Of a stretch of 64,000 nt of DNA, positions 1-12,672 are shown piece by piece. This stretch comes from Mobula hypostoma (lineage: Eukaryota), in the NCBI RefSeq assembly GCF_963921235.1, contig NC_086108.1, forward strand, positions 60,762,001 to 60,826,000, given 5' to 3'. The stretch's first letter is position 1. Every line of letters begins with the position of its first letter. Below the pieces are notes generated by a model. It was not told the origin of the DNA, did not search any database, and worked only from the letters and a program-made list of their open reading frames with translations. A program made the translations under genes and the position numbers.

Positions 1-400
1 AGATTGAGGGGGGATCTGATTGAAACATATAAAATTCTAAAGGGATTGGACAGGCTCGATGCAGGAAGATTGTTCCCGATGTTGGGGAAGACCAGAATGA
101 GGGGTCACAGTTTGAGGATAAAGGGGAAGCCTTTTAGGACCAAGACGAGGAAAAACTTCTTCACACAGACAGTGGCAAATCTGTGGAATTCTCTGCCACA
201 GGAAACAGTTGAGGCCAGTTCATTGGCTATATTTAAGAGGGAGTTAGATATGGCCCTTGTGGCTAAAGGGATCAAGGAGTATGGAGAGAAGGCAGGTATA
301 GGGTTCTGAGTTGGATGATCAGCCAGCCATGATCATACTGAATGGCGGTGCCGGCTTGAAGGGCCGAATGGCCTACTCCTGCACCTATTGTCTATGTTTC
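1..400 (+). mobile_element. CR1 LINE 3' end
   Basis: RGDLIETYKILKG...RGHSLRIK...FFTQ.V.NLWNSLP C-terminus of CR1 ORF2 followed by GGCCGAATGGCCTACTCCT 3' UTR. Confidence 0.9.
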
Positions 401-414
401 ACACTTATATGAAT

Positions 415-960
415 TAAATTCCATTAGTCGCTCCTTAGCCCACCTACCTAGCTGATTAAGCTCGCACTGCAGCTCTTGATACAGTTCACTGTCATTAATA
501 TCAGCTATTTCAATGTCATCTGCAAACTTACAATTCCTTGTATATTGTCATCCAAACCGTTCATATAGATAATAAATAACCCTGGGGCACATTCCAGCCT
601 GTTTCCTACTGTCCAGCCAATTTTATATTGCTTGTTAGCTCTCACTGGATGCCTTATGATCCAACCTTCCATATGAAAGAGCAGCCTACCATGCAGAACC
701 TGATCAAAAGCCTCACTGAACTGTACATACTCTACATTTATCACCCACCTCTCGACAATGTTCCCCATCAATTCATCAAAAAATTCTAATTAGTAAGACA
801 AGATCTCCTGTGCACAAAGCCATGCTGGCAACCTTTGGTCAGTTCCTGCCTTTCCAAAAACAAATAAATCTTATCCATTTCAATGTTTTTCAGCAACTTA
901 CTGGATGTTAGGCTAATGGGTCTCTAATCACTAGGTCTATCATTATAGCCCTCTTGAATA
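415..960 (-). mobile_element. Degraded CR1 RT fragment
   Basis: FSEAFDQVLHGRLL and FIIYMNGLDD remnants. Confidence 0.7.
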
Positions 961-1298
961 AAAGTACAAAAACATCAAGAGCTTGCAATTTTTGGAAGTT
1001 ACTTAGAAATGATAAAAACGCAGCACAGAAACTGTCCCTGCATCCTAACGCATCTAGCTCCATGTACACTTCCTCCCGGTTTACGTCATCACACTGTGTC
1101 ACTACATCCCTTTACTCCTCTAAACCTCATGTTTTTTTTTCCTGGAATGAAAATTTGCTTTGGCCAATTATCTTTTCACTGCCACCCTTAGAATGCAATG
1201 TTCTTCATTTCAGCACACCACTGCATAACCTTGGAATTATCCAGTTCACAGAAAATGAATTACAGTCACTTTCAGCAGGGCTAAGAAATATATAACAA

Positions 1299-1630
1299 TG
1301 GGCAGCACAGCAGCAAGGCCGGTAGAGCCCCTGGCTCACTGACAGGTTCATTCCTAACCTCAGGTGTTTCTTTTTGGAGACTACACTTTCCCATTGTCTG
1401 ACTGCTTTTCCCCCAGTTGTTCCGGTTTGCTCTCACATTCCAAAGTCATGCAGGTGGGCAGCTTATCTGGCTGCTCTAGATTGCCCCTGCATGCAGGTGA
1501 GGGATAGAACCTGGGGGAGTTCATCAGAATGTGAAGAAAATAAATAAGGATTACTGTAAATGGTTGGTTGACAGCTAGTAAAGTCCTGATAGGCTGGAAG
1601 GCCTGCTGTGTGTTATACCACTCCATGACT
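1299..1630 (+). mobile_element. tRNA-derived V-domain (HE1-like) SINE, degraded
   Basis: tRNA-like head, CCGGTTT.CTC.CACATTCCAAAG and TAGATTGCCCC core, CR1-like tail. Confidence 0.6.
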
Positions 1631-3164
1631 GGTGGTGCAAGTTAAATATTTATCACAAAATGGTAGTTGGAATTCTGGGCATGTTATAAATCAGGACAAC
1701 GGAAGAAGGTTGATACAGTAATCATTGAGGACTTCAATCTACTTAAAAACTAGATAATTACATCAGTACTGTATTTAAAAGATGTAAACCAATTTCATGA
1801 AATGTATACTATCTTGAGGATCAAGAACTGACAAGACACTTGATGCTGTTTTGTGCATTGAGAAAGGGTTAATTGACAATATTTTTAGAAAGGATTATTC
1901 AAGGAAGAGTGACCAACATACGATAGAATTTTATACTGAATTTTAGAACATTAAAGCAGTACAGCTTAGGATTTCTGTGCCAGACTAAGCTAACTTCCTT
2001 CTTCTTATGCACCATTCATATCCCTGCATGTTCACGTGTCATCAGCTACCTCTTGAACACCACCATCATATCTTCTATCACAAATACCCTTGATCAGGTT
2101 CAGTCCAAAATTAGGCTCCAAAATATGGACAGAGGGAACTATGTAGTTATGAGATAAGAGATGGCTATGGTAGAGTGGGAAAATACACAAGTGTATAATA
2201 GCAAAATAGCAAACAAGCGTGCATATTAAGACACAAACAGCTGTGGCTTTGACAGATGAAATTTAAAGTGTTACTAAATCTAAATCTATCTCTATCAGGT
2301 CACCTCTCAGTCTCCTTCACTCAAGAAAAATCAGATAGCATATCCCATCACTTTCACTAACTCAATCCTCCATTCAAAGCAACATCCTCGTGAATCTGTT
2401 CTGTAAACTCTCCAGCTTAACCCTGTATTATGGTGATCAAAACTGTACACCACATTCATATTATGGCATAACAAACATTTTGTCCAACATAATATGATAT
2501 CACCACACTTAATAGTAGGAAGAGTAGATTCAGCATGGATTTATGGGTGGAAAATCATATGTGACTAATCTCCTAGAGCCAATTTTTCATAAATTCTATT
2601 GTATTTCTTTATTTTCCTGTAAATGCCTGGAAGAAAATGAATCTCATGGGGGTATATGGTGACATATATGATCTTTGATAATAAATTGACTTTGATTCTT
2701 GAAGGATACAAACACCAGAATAGATAAGGAAACAACAGAAGTGTATAATTGTTCCTACACAGGAGCGTAGTCAATTAGCTTAGAGCAAATTTGGGGATTA
2801 GATTTGGTTTGAGAATTAGCTATCAGGAAAACAGCAAACCACGGGGGAAAAAGTTCTTTCCTAGCATTTGTCCATAACTAGCTGGGTACTGCAGGGATCA
2901 GTGCCTGAATCAAAGATTTGTCAGTGGGCACAGGTTTCTTACTTCCAAGCTTGTGATAATACAAAACAAAGAGGAATTCTGAGTAGGAAGGAGGATAAAA
3001 ATGAAGTTTCAAGGTGATGCGGGAAAGATGACTGAGTAAGCAAGTACAAAGCTGATGACATTTCATGAGAAGACGTGAAGTTATTCATTCGGTGCACAAA
3101 AACAGCAAAACAGATTGTTTTAATGGTGAAAAATTGGGAAATATTGATCTTCACAGGGTCTAGG

Positions 3165-4720
3165 TTAAGTTCAAGTTCAGTTTACTGTCAATGAATGGTA
3201 CACGTGTATACCACCAAACAAAACAACATTCTTCTGGACCAAGGTGCACAACACAGTACATATAACTCAAACACACAACACATAAAATAATAAATTAACA
3301 AACAATAAGGTGCATTTACAATAGAAGCTAAAAATTAAACAGTATAATGCTACTGGTATTGCACACGTGTTGAGACCCGAGTGATGGCAGGGAGTTCAGT
3401 AGTCTTACAGCCTGGGGGAAGAAGCCGTTTCCCACGCTAACAGTTCCTGTTCTAATGCTCTGGTGCCTCCTGCCTAATAGTAAGGAGTTAAAGAGATTGT
3501 TGGATGAATGGGAGGAATAACTGATAATGATACGGGCTCTGCGTATCTCTGATAGGTGGAAGACAGACCCCAATGATCCTCTCAGCAGTTCTTGCAATGC
3601 TTTGTAGGGATTTGCGATCAGATGCCTTGCAATTCCAGTACCTCTATGATGCTCCTGTAAAATTTGGTTAAAATGGTGGGGGGGCAGTGGGGAGAAGAGC
3701 TCGCTCACCTCAAACTCCTCAGGAAGTGGAGACATTGCTGGGCTACTTTGACCAAAGAGTGGTGTTGAGGGACAAGGTGAGATCGTCCATTATGAGCACT
3801 CCCAGAAACTTGGTGTTTCCACTGTCTCCACAGAGTAGGCCAATGAGGGGTGGTCAGCCGGCAGCTTTCTGAAGTCCACAATCATCTCTTTTTTTTGATC
3901 TGGCCCACGTTGAGACTCAAGTTGCTGTGCTTGCACCATTCTACCAAATGCTCTACTTCCACTCTGTACACTACCTTGTTGTCATTGTTGACGAGGCCGA
4001 CCACTGTGGCATCATCAGTGAACTTGACGATTCAGTTTGAATTGGATCTAGCAGTGCAGTCATGTGTCAGCAGCGAACTGAGCACACAGTCCTGGGGAGC
4101 GCCAGCACTCAGTGTGATGAAGCTCCAGATGTTTCTGCCAACACGGACTCTCAGGAAGTCCAGGATCCAGTTACAGAGAGAGGTGTTGAGACCCAGAGAG
4201 GACAGTCTACTCACCAGCTTCTTCATACTAAATGCTCAGCTGAAGTCAATAAGCAGCATATGAGGCACCATTTTCCAAATGTGATGAGGCTACAGCATCA
4301 TCAGTGGACCGATTTGAGTGATAAGCGAACTGGAAAGGGTCCAATGCAGCAGGAAGATGGGATTTAATGCGACCTATAACCAGCTGCTCAAAACTTTGTT
4401 GTGGTCAGTACCATTGCACAGGAGTCATGGAGGCAGGTTACTGTTGCCCTCTTGGGCACCGGGATGATGGTGGCTGCCTCAAAGCCTGAGGGGACAGTGA
4501 ACTGTTCCAGAGAGATTTTCAAGATGTCTGTTATAACCTCTACTGGCTGCACAGTCCCTCAGCAACCAAACAGGTACAGTATCAGGCCCCAAAGCTTTAC
4601 GTGGGTTGACCCGGACAAGGGCCTTCCTCCCATCAGCTGCAGCCAGAGTGCTTTCTGGGGCGTGGCGGGGGGGGTTGGGAGCGGGAGGAGAGAGGGGACC
4701 CTTCCTCACTGGCACATCAT
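3165..4720 (-). mobile_element. Rex1/Babar non-LTR retrotransposon, truncated and degraded
   Basis: [38 protein letters not shown] motifs; (TGAACT)n tail. Confidence 0.85.
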
Positions 4721-5490
4721 TCTGTGTATGAGACTGAGTGTAAAAGAGCACAAAAGACAGTGTCCCAAGTCACTGAAAGCTAATATACAGGTCCACAAGC
4801 CATTAAGAAGCCAAATAGTATATTGTCCTTTATTCCACGATGATTTGAGTACAGCATTAAAAATGTCTTATTGCAATTATACTATGCCTAGTGAGACTCC
4901 ATCTGGAGTAACGTGCATATTTTTGATCTCCTTTCTGAAGAATGAGCAGAGATCGATTCGTCTAGGCCTCTATCTCACTGAAATTAGGAAGATGTTTCCA
5001 CAGGCTTCTGGACACATTCATTAAATGGTAAGCTAGAATTGTCTGCAGTGCTCTTACCCAAGCCCTGCATCTTTGTAGCAAGAGCTCTCCACACATGCAC
5101 TTTTGTGATAAAGTGCAGCAGTTCATTTGTGTTTCTCCTCACACGCAGTGGCTGCATGGTACCTTTGTGGTGCTTGCACAAGGTACAGTATATCTGAACA
5201 CCAGCATTCAATGGTCTCACTGTTTAAATGTTTTACTGTTTTCCTTGCTAAAGTGAAAAGCTTCACTGCTTATTCCCCTGAAGCAATTCCTGCCGGGCAA
5301 TGAACGTGAACAAAAGACACTTTGAAATACATAAATCAAGCAAGATCTGGTTATAATATGGTCAAATAGAAGCAAAAAAAAGGGAAATAAAAGACCTACA
5401 ATGAGAGAAGGCAGACTGTAGATACTGGAGTCTGGGAGAAAAACACTGCTGGGGAATGAAGTGGATCTAGCAGCATTTGAGGAGATAAGA

Positions 5491-5556
5491 CAGGGGTTCT
5501 CAAGGGCTCGGTTTAATGGTAGGGGTCCATGGCATTAAGAAGGTTGGGAACCCCTG
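5491..5556. mobile_element. 66-bp hAT (Charlie-like) MITE
   Basis: TIRs CAGGGGTTCTCAA / TTGGGAACCCCTG; 8-bp TSD AGATAAGA / AGATAAGG. Confidence 0.8.
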
Positions 5557-5835
5557 AGATAAGGGATTGTTGATGTTTTGGGTCAAGACCAGTATCAGGA
5601 CATCATGTGACAAACCGTTGATGATTGATGGATGCAATATTTCCTCTCAATATCCTGCATTCCTAAGGAGTTACTGTAGCAGAGATAACCGACAAGATCC
5701 TTAGGTTTTGAGCTTGATGCTAATGACAATAAGTTGGCAGTAAGATTCATTGCATTTTTTAGAAAAAGTGCAGCAAATTGCCTACACTGAGCAGATCTGA
5801 ATAAGTACTTAACCAGTTGGATTACTAGGAAATAA

Positions 5836-6322
5836 ACTCAGTGGTCACTTTATTAAGTACACCTACACACTTGCTCATTAATGCAAATACCAAATCAGGC
5901 AACTACGTGGTAGCAACTCAATTCATAAAGGCATGGGTCAAGTGGTTCAGACCAAACATCAGACTGGGTAAGAAATGTGATCTGAGTGACTTTGACTGTG
6001 GTGCCAGACGGGGTGGTTTGAGCATCTCAGAAACCTCTGATCTCCTGGCATTTTCACACACGACAGGGTTTGCAGAGAACGCTGCGGAAAACGAAAAACA
6101 TCCAGTGAAAGGTAATAATGCGGGTGAAAATGCCTTTGTTAATGCAAGAGGTCAGAGGAGAATGGCCAGACAGGTTCAAGCTGACAGGAAGGAGAGAGTA
6201 ACTCAAATACAACGCATTACAACAATGGTGTGCAGAAGAGCATCTCAGAATGCACAGCACATTGAATCTTGAAGTGGATAGGCTGCCGCCGCAGAAGACT
6301 ACAGACATACACTCAGTGGCTC
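5836..6322 (+). mobile_element. Tc1/mariner remnant (transposase N-terminus)
   Basis: ACTCAGTGGTCACTTTATTAAGTACACC terminus; KKCDLSDFD.GARRGGLSISETSDLL.FSHTT HTH-like peptide. Confidence 0.8.
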
Positions 6323-6344
6323 ATGTATGTAGATTCAACACTTT

Positions 6345-7001
6345 GGAGGAGAAGATGGCGGCGCGACACAGCGTGCACTGCCTCTTCGGTGAATGATATC
6401 GGTATTTGTTAAGTAGGGGACCGTGCACAATTCTGATTTGATGGAGACAGACGTGAGAGTACGGAGGAACATCTGGAGAAACTACTGAATGCCCGCTTCG
6501 CTGCCGCTGCTACTGTGGGATCCAGAATCTCCGGAGGGGAAGGCCCCAAATCCTCGGCTTTGCCTGTTGCTGGCAGCCCGGGATGGGGTCGAAGTGCTCG
6601 GCAGAGATGGTGCTCAGTGCCGGAGGCTCGAAGTTTTCGGACGGACTCAGAGTCGGCTGTGGTCAGGTGCTTCCAAGGTGCTGCATCGGCAAGTTTGCGG
6701 CGCTGGAAGCTCATGGCAGGGAGAGTTTTCTTCCTTCAACCGTCTACTTGAGATGATGGGACTTTCGAGAGACTTTGAGACTTTCTTTTACCATGCCCAT
6801 GGTCTGTTCTTTATTAAATTATGTTACTGCTTGCACTGTTGTAACTATATGTTATAATTATGTGGTTCTTGTCAGTTTTTCAGTCTTGGTCTGTCTTGTG
6901 TTTCTGTGACGTCACACTGGAGGAACATTGCATCATTTCTTAATGCATGCATTACTAAATGACAATAAAAAAGGACTGCGTGTCCTCATAATCTAATCTA
7001 A
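6345..7001 (+). mobile_element. Non-coding, CpG-rich non-autonomous retroposon with Rex1-like tail
   Basis: Starts GGAGAAGATGGCGGCG, ends GACAATAAA...(AATCT)n; no RT coding. Confidence 0.6.
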
Positions 7002-7070
7002 CAGTCGGCCAAAAGCCAGCTCAGGTATTAACAAAGTGGCCCCTTAATTGCTATCTGGAGCCTGTGACAT

Positions 7071-7346
7071 TTATTTAGCGATACAGCATGGAGCAAACCC
7101 TTCCAGACCTTTCAGCCTCTCCGTTCCAGCAACCCCACCAACCCAATTCACCTTAATCGGGTCAAGGGACAGTTTACAATAACCCAGTAGGTCTTTGGAC
7201 TGTGGATCGAAACCGGAACAGCCGGAGAAAACCCACACATTCTACGTGGAGGATGTACGGATTCCTTACAGGTGGCACTAGAATTGAACCCTGAAGCGCC
7301 CCGAGCTGTAGTAGTGTAGCACAAACCACAATGTTACCGTGGCGCC
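7071..7346 (-). mobile_element. V-domain SINE
   Basis: Minus strand starts GGCGCCACGGTAACATTGTGGTT.GTGC and contains TCCGGTTTCGATCCACAGTCCAAAGAC. Confidence 0.7.
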
Positions 7347-10300
7347 ACTGAGAGTGAGCGGTTAATGATTAGGAGCTGGTTGGTTTAGATTCAGCTTGTC
7401 AAAGCACATCCATGACTAATGGCCCCTTAATTAGTTTCAGCACAGCTGAATTGGGAGAAAAATACTGAAATAATACATTTTATTAGACAAATACACCCTG
7501 CTGCATTTCAATATTCTGTCATCTGGTCTCTTAGTGAAGAAACTGACTTTTGCAATAGTTCATAGATGCACGGAACATTTCAGTGTCTCTCATTGGATAC
7601 TGAATATCAGATTACCACTATTAGACTGGACTGGAGAACATCTGACAGCAAACCCCTATGAAGAAAACATCTGGCAAGGGGAAAAGAGAAAGCAAACTGC
7701 TGTTTCCCATACAGATTAATATGTGTACTTTTTATAAACATTCCCTCCCTTATGATTTAACTGCAATTACAATCCAACAATTCCGTTCTGAATATATTTA
7801 CATGAACAGTAACATTCATGCACAAGATGATATTAAAACTGGATTTCTGAAGTCTCAGAGTGGATTAGCTTTACATATTTTCTAAAAAAACTGAGATCAT
7901 TAATATGCAATTAAATAAAAATCTCTGCAAAATATTGCAGTCATTAAATTAACCGTAGTAAATTATTGGTCACTGCTAATATGGTGAACATATGGGTGCT
8001 GGGAAAAAGGAATAATTTCCTGTAATGAAGCCACAGAATGTGCTTTCCAGATGGAGCTCAATCTAAAATGCCAGCAGAAAAGCGCAGCTGATAAAATATG
8101 AAAAGCAAACTGATTAGAAGCAGCAGAGTGGTTTCTAAAGGTACATACACTGAGTATATAAAATCATAAGGAAAACACAACTACATCTCTTTTTACTTAG
8201 CAGATTAAATTCATGTATAAGATCCAAAGGACACTTGTCATTTTGCAAACAATAAACTTTACAGGTTAATTTTCAGAATCTACAATATTTTATATTCTAA
8301 ATCCATGTTCTTCACAAATAGCACTCATTTGATTCCTTCATGACTCCTGCTTCTATCTAGAAAAATTAATTACCTATACTTACCATACTTCTTCTTTCCA
8401 ATTGCTATTCCAATTCTTATTGCTCTCTACACTGCCAAAACCGTAGCTACATAATCATGAATTCAGACCATGATATAAATGTACGGAAACACCAAAGTAT
8501 GCAACTTCTTGACAGGTTTTTGGCACTGATTCCACACTGATGTAAGGAGTGCCAATTTCCTGAGGTTTCCCTATGGGAATTCTGTGGCCTTGCCAATGAG
8601 GTAAGAGCCTCCTTCATTCAGGAAGTCCTCACCTGGGAATTCACTCCAACTAAGTGTAGATTCAACTAGTAGGTAGTTCCCACCAACTCTCAGGCCATTT
8701 TGTTTTATTACTGATGGCCCTTAGCTTTAAGTTCTTCAACTACAATCAGTTTTTTTCTTCTATAGTTATGTGTGAGAAAAACTATCAAAAATTACAATTA
8801 GGATATCTTTTCCAGAATTTTTCAAATACAGGAACTTACAGTAATTTCTCTATCAATTTTGAGATTATTGCCATACTAATGTATTTAAAAATTTACATAA
8901 AACGCAGGGGAAATTAATGTAAACTACTGGGCCAACATCAGCATTGTAATTATACCTTACCCCTTCCTTCATTGTAAAAATATAAATGGTTGATCCAAAC
9001 ACTTATGAGAATTCACCCTCCTGGAGTTTTTCAATTTTTAATGCTGAAAAGGCTGCTGCCACAAAAATTAGGTTGGTTGAGTGATTAAAAATGATTAATC
9101 ATGAGGTAATTCCAGTTAAATTATAATGCTATAGAAATTCTATAATATTAATGCAGTCATAGGCAGGAATGATTTGCAATTTCAAATTCAGTAGTGGTTA
9201 AATATTAAAGTTGTTTTTAATATTTTAAAAAATCAATATTAGCCTTTAAATGGATTCATGGAATGTTTTAATAGTTATTGAATACTTCTGAATAATTCCC
9301 ACTCAGGGAACTACACTAGGCAGCTTGCAGACAGCCTGCAGAACAGCAGTGAGTACAGCAGCTCAATACTGACCAGAAATTCTGGGCTAATATTTTTTGT
9401 TTACCTGTTCAATAAAGGAGGTTACCTTCCCCTTGTATAAACTTTACATGTTAATTGCAGTTAATTAATAGCCAAATAAACATCCCCCTGGTGAAAAAAG
9501 TACAATATTTCCAAAATAGCATCGTTCATTCATATTGCATAAAGATATAGATATAACATTACAGTCTTCTCGAAAATGGCATAAATTCAGGATATACTTT
9601 ACATTAAGGCAGACAGCTTCTCCTGGTTTTCTGAAATCACTATCTACATTAAAGATAGTTACACATTTGTAAAAATCTCTCTCCATTTTTTTTCCCTTCG
9701 TGTCTTGAAGCTGCTGACAAGCTTTGACATTTGTAGCACCATTCTCAAGGCATGGGTATAGACAGTGCCAAAAATCACGAATTTTACCATCTTTAAACAA
9801 TCTGGGTTTAACGTAACTTCAGACAGGAAGGATAAAAGCACCATATTCTTGAATGACATTTAAGGAAAAAAGATGAATGAGTTGCAGTTGGCAGGTTTTA
9901 ATTCAGCTCTCATAAGACAATAAAATACAAAAGAAAATGCATAAATATTTTCCAACTGGTATTAAGTAAACTAAATTTTCCTGGAATCATTTTTCTCCAT
10001 GAATATTTAAGAAACCAGAGCTGGGGTTGAAAATAACAGAAACCAGGTGATTTTAGACACAATAACAACAGCCAATGTAATGCAACAGAGTAACTGTCAT
10101 CACGTTTAATAAGAATATTTGAATCTTGTTTTGAGCACTATTTTTCCTTATGTTTCCTATGTTGTAAGGTGAAGCTCCAAACATTGTATAATGTTCAAAG
10201 TTTAATGTAATTTTATTATCAAAGTACATGTATGTCACCATATACAACCTTGAGATTCATTTTCTTGTGAGCACTGAGCTGAAGTAGAACGTGCTGTGAA

Positions 10301-10439
10301 TGTACAGGAACCAATGGATGTTCCATATTTCAAACTGCAGACAAGTGCAAAGTGATGCACTTTGGTAGGACCAACCATGCTAGGTCTTACACAGTGAATG
10401 GGAGGGCACTGAGGAGTGTGCTAGAACATAGCAACTGTG

Positions 10440-10960
10440 AGAGGGCACCTCCTCCCTCACTACCATTCAGTGCCCCAAACAGCCCTTCCAGGTGAGGCAA
10501 CACTTTCACCTGTGAGTCTGTTGGGGTTATCTGCTGTATCCGGTTCTCCCGGTGGCCTCCTGTATATCGGTGAGACCCGATGTAGAATGGGAGACTGCTT
10601 TGCCAGGCACCTATGCTCTGTCCGCCAGAAAAAGCAGGATCTCCTAGTGGCCACCCATTTTAATGCTATTTCCCATTCCGACATATCAGTCCACGGCCTC
10701 CTCTACTGCCATGGTGAGGCCATACTCAGGTTGGAGGCTACCCAGACAGAATATAAAGTGTTGCTCCTCCAACCTGATGGCTTGGACACTAATTTACTGA
10801 ACTTCCAGTGAAGCCGCCCACCTCCACCCCACCTTCACCATTCCAATTCCCCTCTCTTGTCTTTTCTCCTTATCTGCCCATCATTCCCTTTCTTCCATGG
10901 CTTTCTGTCCTCTCCTCTCAGATTCCTCCTTCTCCAACCCTTTATCTCTTTCACCACCTG
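10440..10960 (+). mobile_element. Penelope-like element, GIY-YIG fragment
   Basis: GLLYIGETRCRMGDCFARHL...VATHFN. Confidence 0.85.
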
Positions 10961-11079
10961 CAGGGAGCTATGGACTTGCATCCCGATGTCCATCAGTAAA
11001 TATTTGTAAGATCCCTGCCATTTGCTCTATGTGTCCTAACAGAATTTGACCTCTCAAAGTGCATTACCTCACACTTGAG

Positions 11080-11862
11080 ATCACAAACAGGAGAAAATCT
11101 GCAGATGCTGGAAATCCGAGCAACACACACAAAATGCTGGAAGAACTCAGTAAGCCAGCCAGCATTAATAGAAAAAAGTACAGTCGACGTTTTGGGCCGA
11201 AACTCTTCTGCAGGACTGGAGAAAAAATGTTGAGGAGTAGGTTTGAAAGGTGGGGGGGGGGGGGGAGGGGAGAGAGAACCGCAAGGCGATTAGTGAAACT
11301 TGGAGGGGGAGGGATGAAGCAAAGAGCTAGGAGGTTGATTGGTGAGACAGACAGAAGGCAATGGAAGAAAGGAAAAAGGGGAAGGGGTGGGGGGAAGAGC
11401 ACCAGAGGGAGGTAATGGGCAGGCAAGGAGATAACATGAGGGAGGGACAAGGGGATGGGAAATAGTGAGGGGGGAGGCATTACTAGAAGGTTGAGAAATC
11501 AATGTTCGTGCATCAGGTTGCAGGCTACCCAAATGGAACATAAGGTATTGTTCCTCCAACCTATGTCTGGCCCTATCCCGACAGTGGAGTAGGCCATAAA
11601 GTACCATTCAGGGCCCCAAATAGTCCTTCCAGGTGAGGCGACACTTCACCTGTGAGTCTGCTGGGGTTATATTCTGTGTCCGGTGCTCCCAGTGTGGCCT
11701 CCTCTTGTATTTGGTGAGACCTGATGTAGATCGGGAAACCATTTTGCCGAGCACCTACAGTCCATCCACCAGAACAAGCAGGATCTCCCAGTAGCCACCC
11801 ATTTTAATTTCACTTCCCATTCCCATTCTGATATGTCCATGAATGGCCTCCTTCACTGTCGG
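11080..11862. mobile_element. Penelope-like element with internal inversion (minus about 11080-11602, plus about 11603-11862)
   Basis: RLEEQYLMFHLGSLQPD plus terminal repeat on minus; GIY-YIG fragment on plus. Confidence 0.8.
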
Positions 11863-11999
11863 AGCATCAACTACCTTACCTTCATTATCTCCTTGGTTAC
11901 CTCCTCCCCCCAAAAAAAAACACAAACAGATTTTGGAATATTATCTCCCCTGAACAAAATTCTGCTGACTCCTCCCATTCCATCCCTGACTTTCCAAGT

Positions 12000-12425
12000 G
12001 AACATAAATCCTATCCTTCATAATTCTTTTCAGCAACTTCCCTACCACTGATGCAAGGCTGACACAGCCTGTAGTTTTCACACTTACCTATAATGCTCCT
12101 TTTGAATAAGGGTCTATTCCCTCGACTTCTCGTAACTCACCCATGCCTAATGAAGATGCAAAGATCTCTGCCAGAACCCCAGAAATCTCCTTCCTTGCTT
12201 CCTTTAGCATCCTGGGCTTGATCCTCTCTGGCGCTGGGTCTTTATCCACTCCAATGGACTCTGATATTATTCACACTTCCTCCTTCCTGATAAGAAATAC
12301 CCTCCACAGTTACAACATACCCTTCCCTTCCCTTAACTCTCCAGTCTCCCTATCCTTCTCTCTGATGAATACTGATGAGAAATATTCACTCACAATCTCA
12401 CTTGTATCCCTGGTTCCACATAAAT
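12000..12425 (-). mobile_element. Degraded CR1 ORF2 fragment
   Basis: Reverse complement resembles the CR1 PG.LKEA..EI.G.LA.IF and NYR.VSL.SVVGKLL region. Confidence 0.6.
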
Positions 12426-12564
12426 TTCTTAGTTTTACAGGTCACATTGGAACATTTGCGGAAATAGCTGAGTTACTCTCTCTGCTTTCCTATCTTTGTA
12501 GCACATTATTCCAGGTTACTTTCTCTCAATTAGTGACAGTCCTGCAACAAAGAACAGTTTGTAC

Positions 12565-12672
12565 CTGTAGCACCCAATGGATGTCCTTTAGATATCAGTC
12601 CGCCACTTGGATTTATGACCCATTTTCCACCATATGTATTATCACCTCTGTCAATCAATTCTCCAGCTTTAC
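12565..12672 (-). CDS. SCP2: SCPx exon 11 ([36 protein letters not shown])
   Basis: 108 nt, ctag| acceptor, G|gtacaa donor; catalytic GHP motif. Confidence 0.97.

Noticed and set aside
9465..9859. Minus-strand ORFs of 111 and 66 aa in intron 11
   Set aside because: No recognisable domain or convincing splice signals; consistent with chance ORFs
1..12564. SCP2 exon 12 (GLAQCAELCWQLRG...QHN...MGFP) and later exons
   Set aside because: Manual search found no matching sequence; they probably lie beyond the window start
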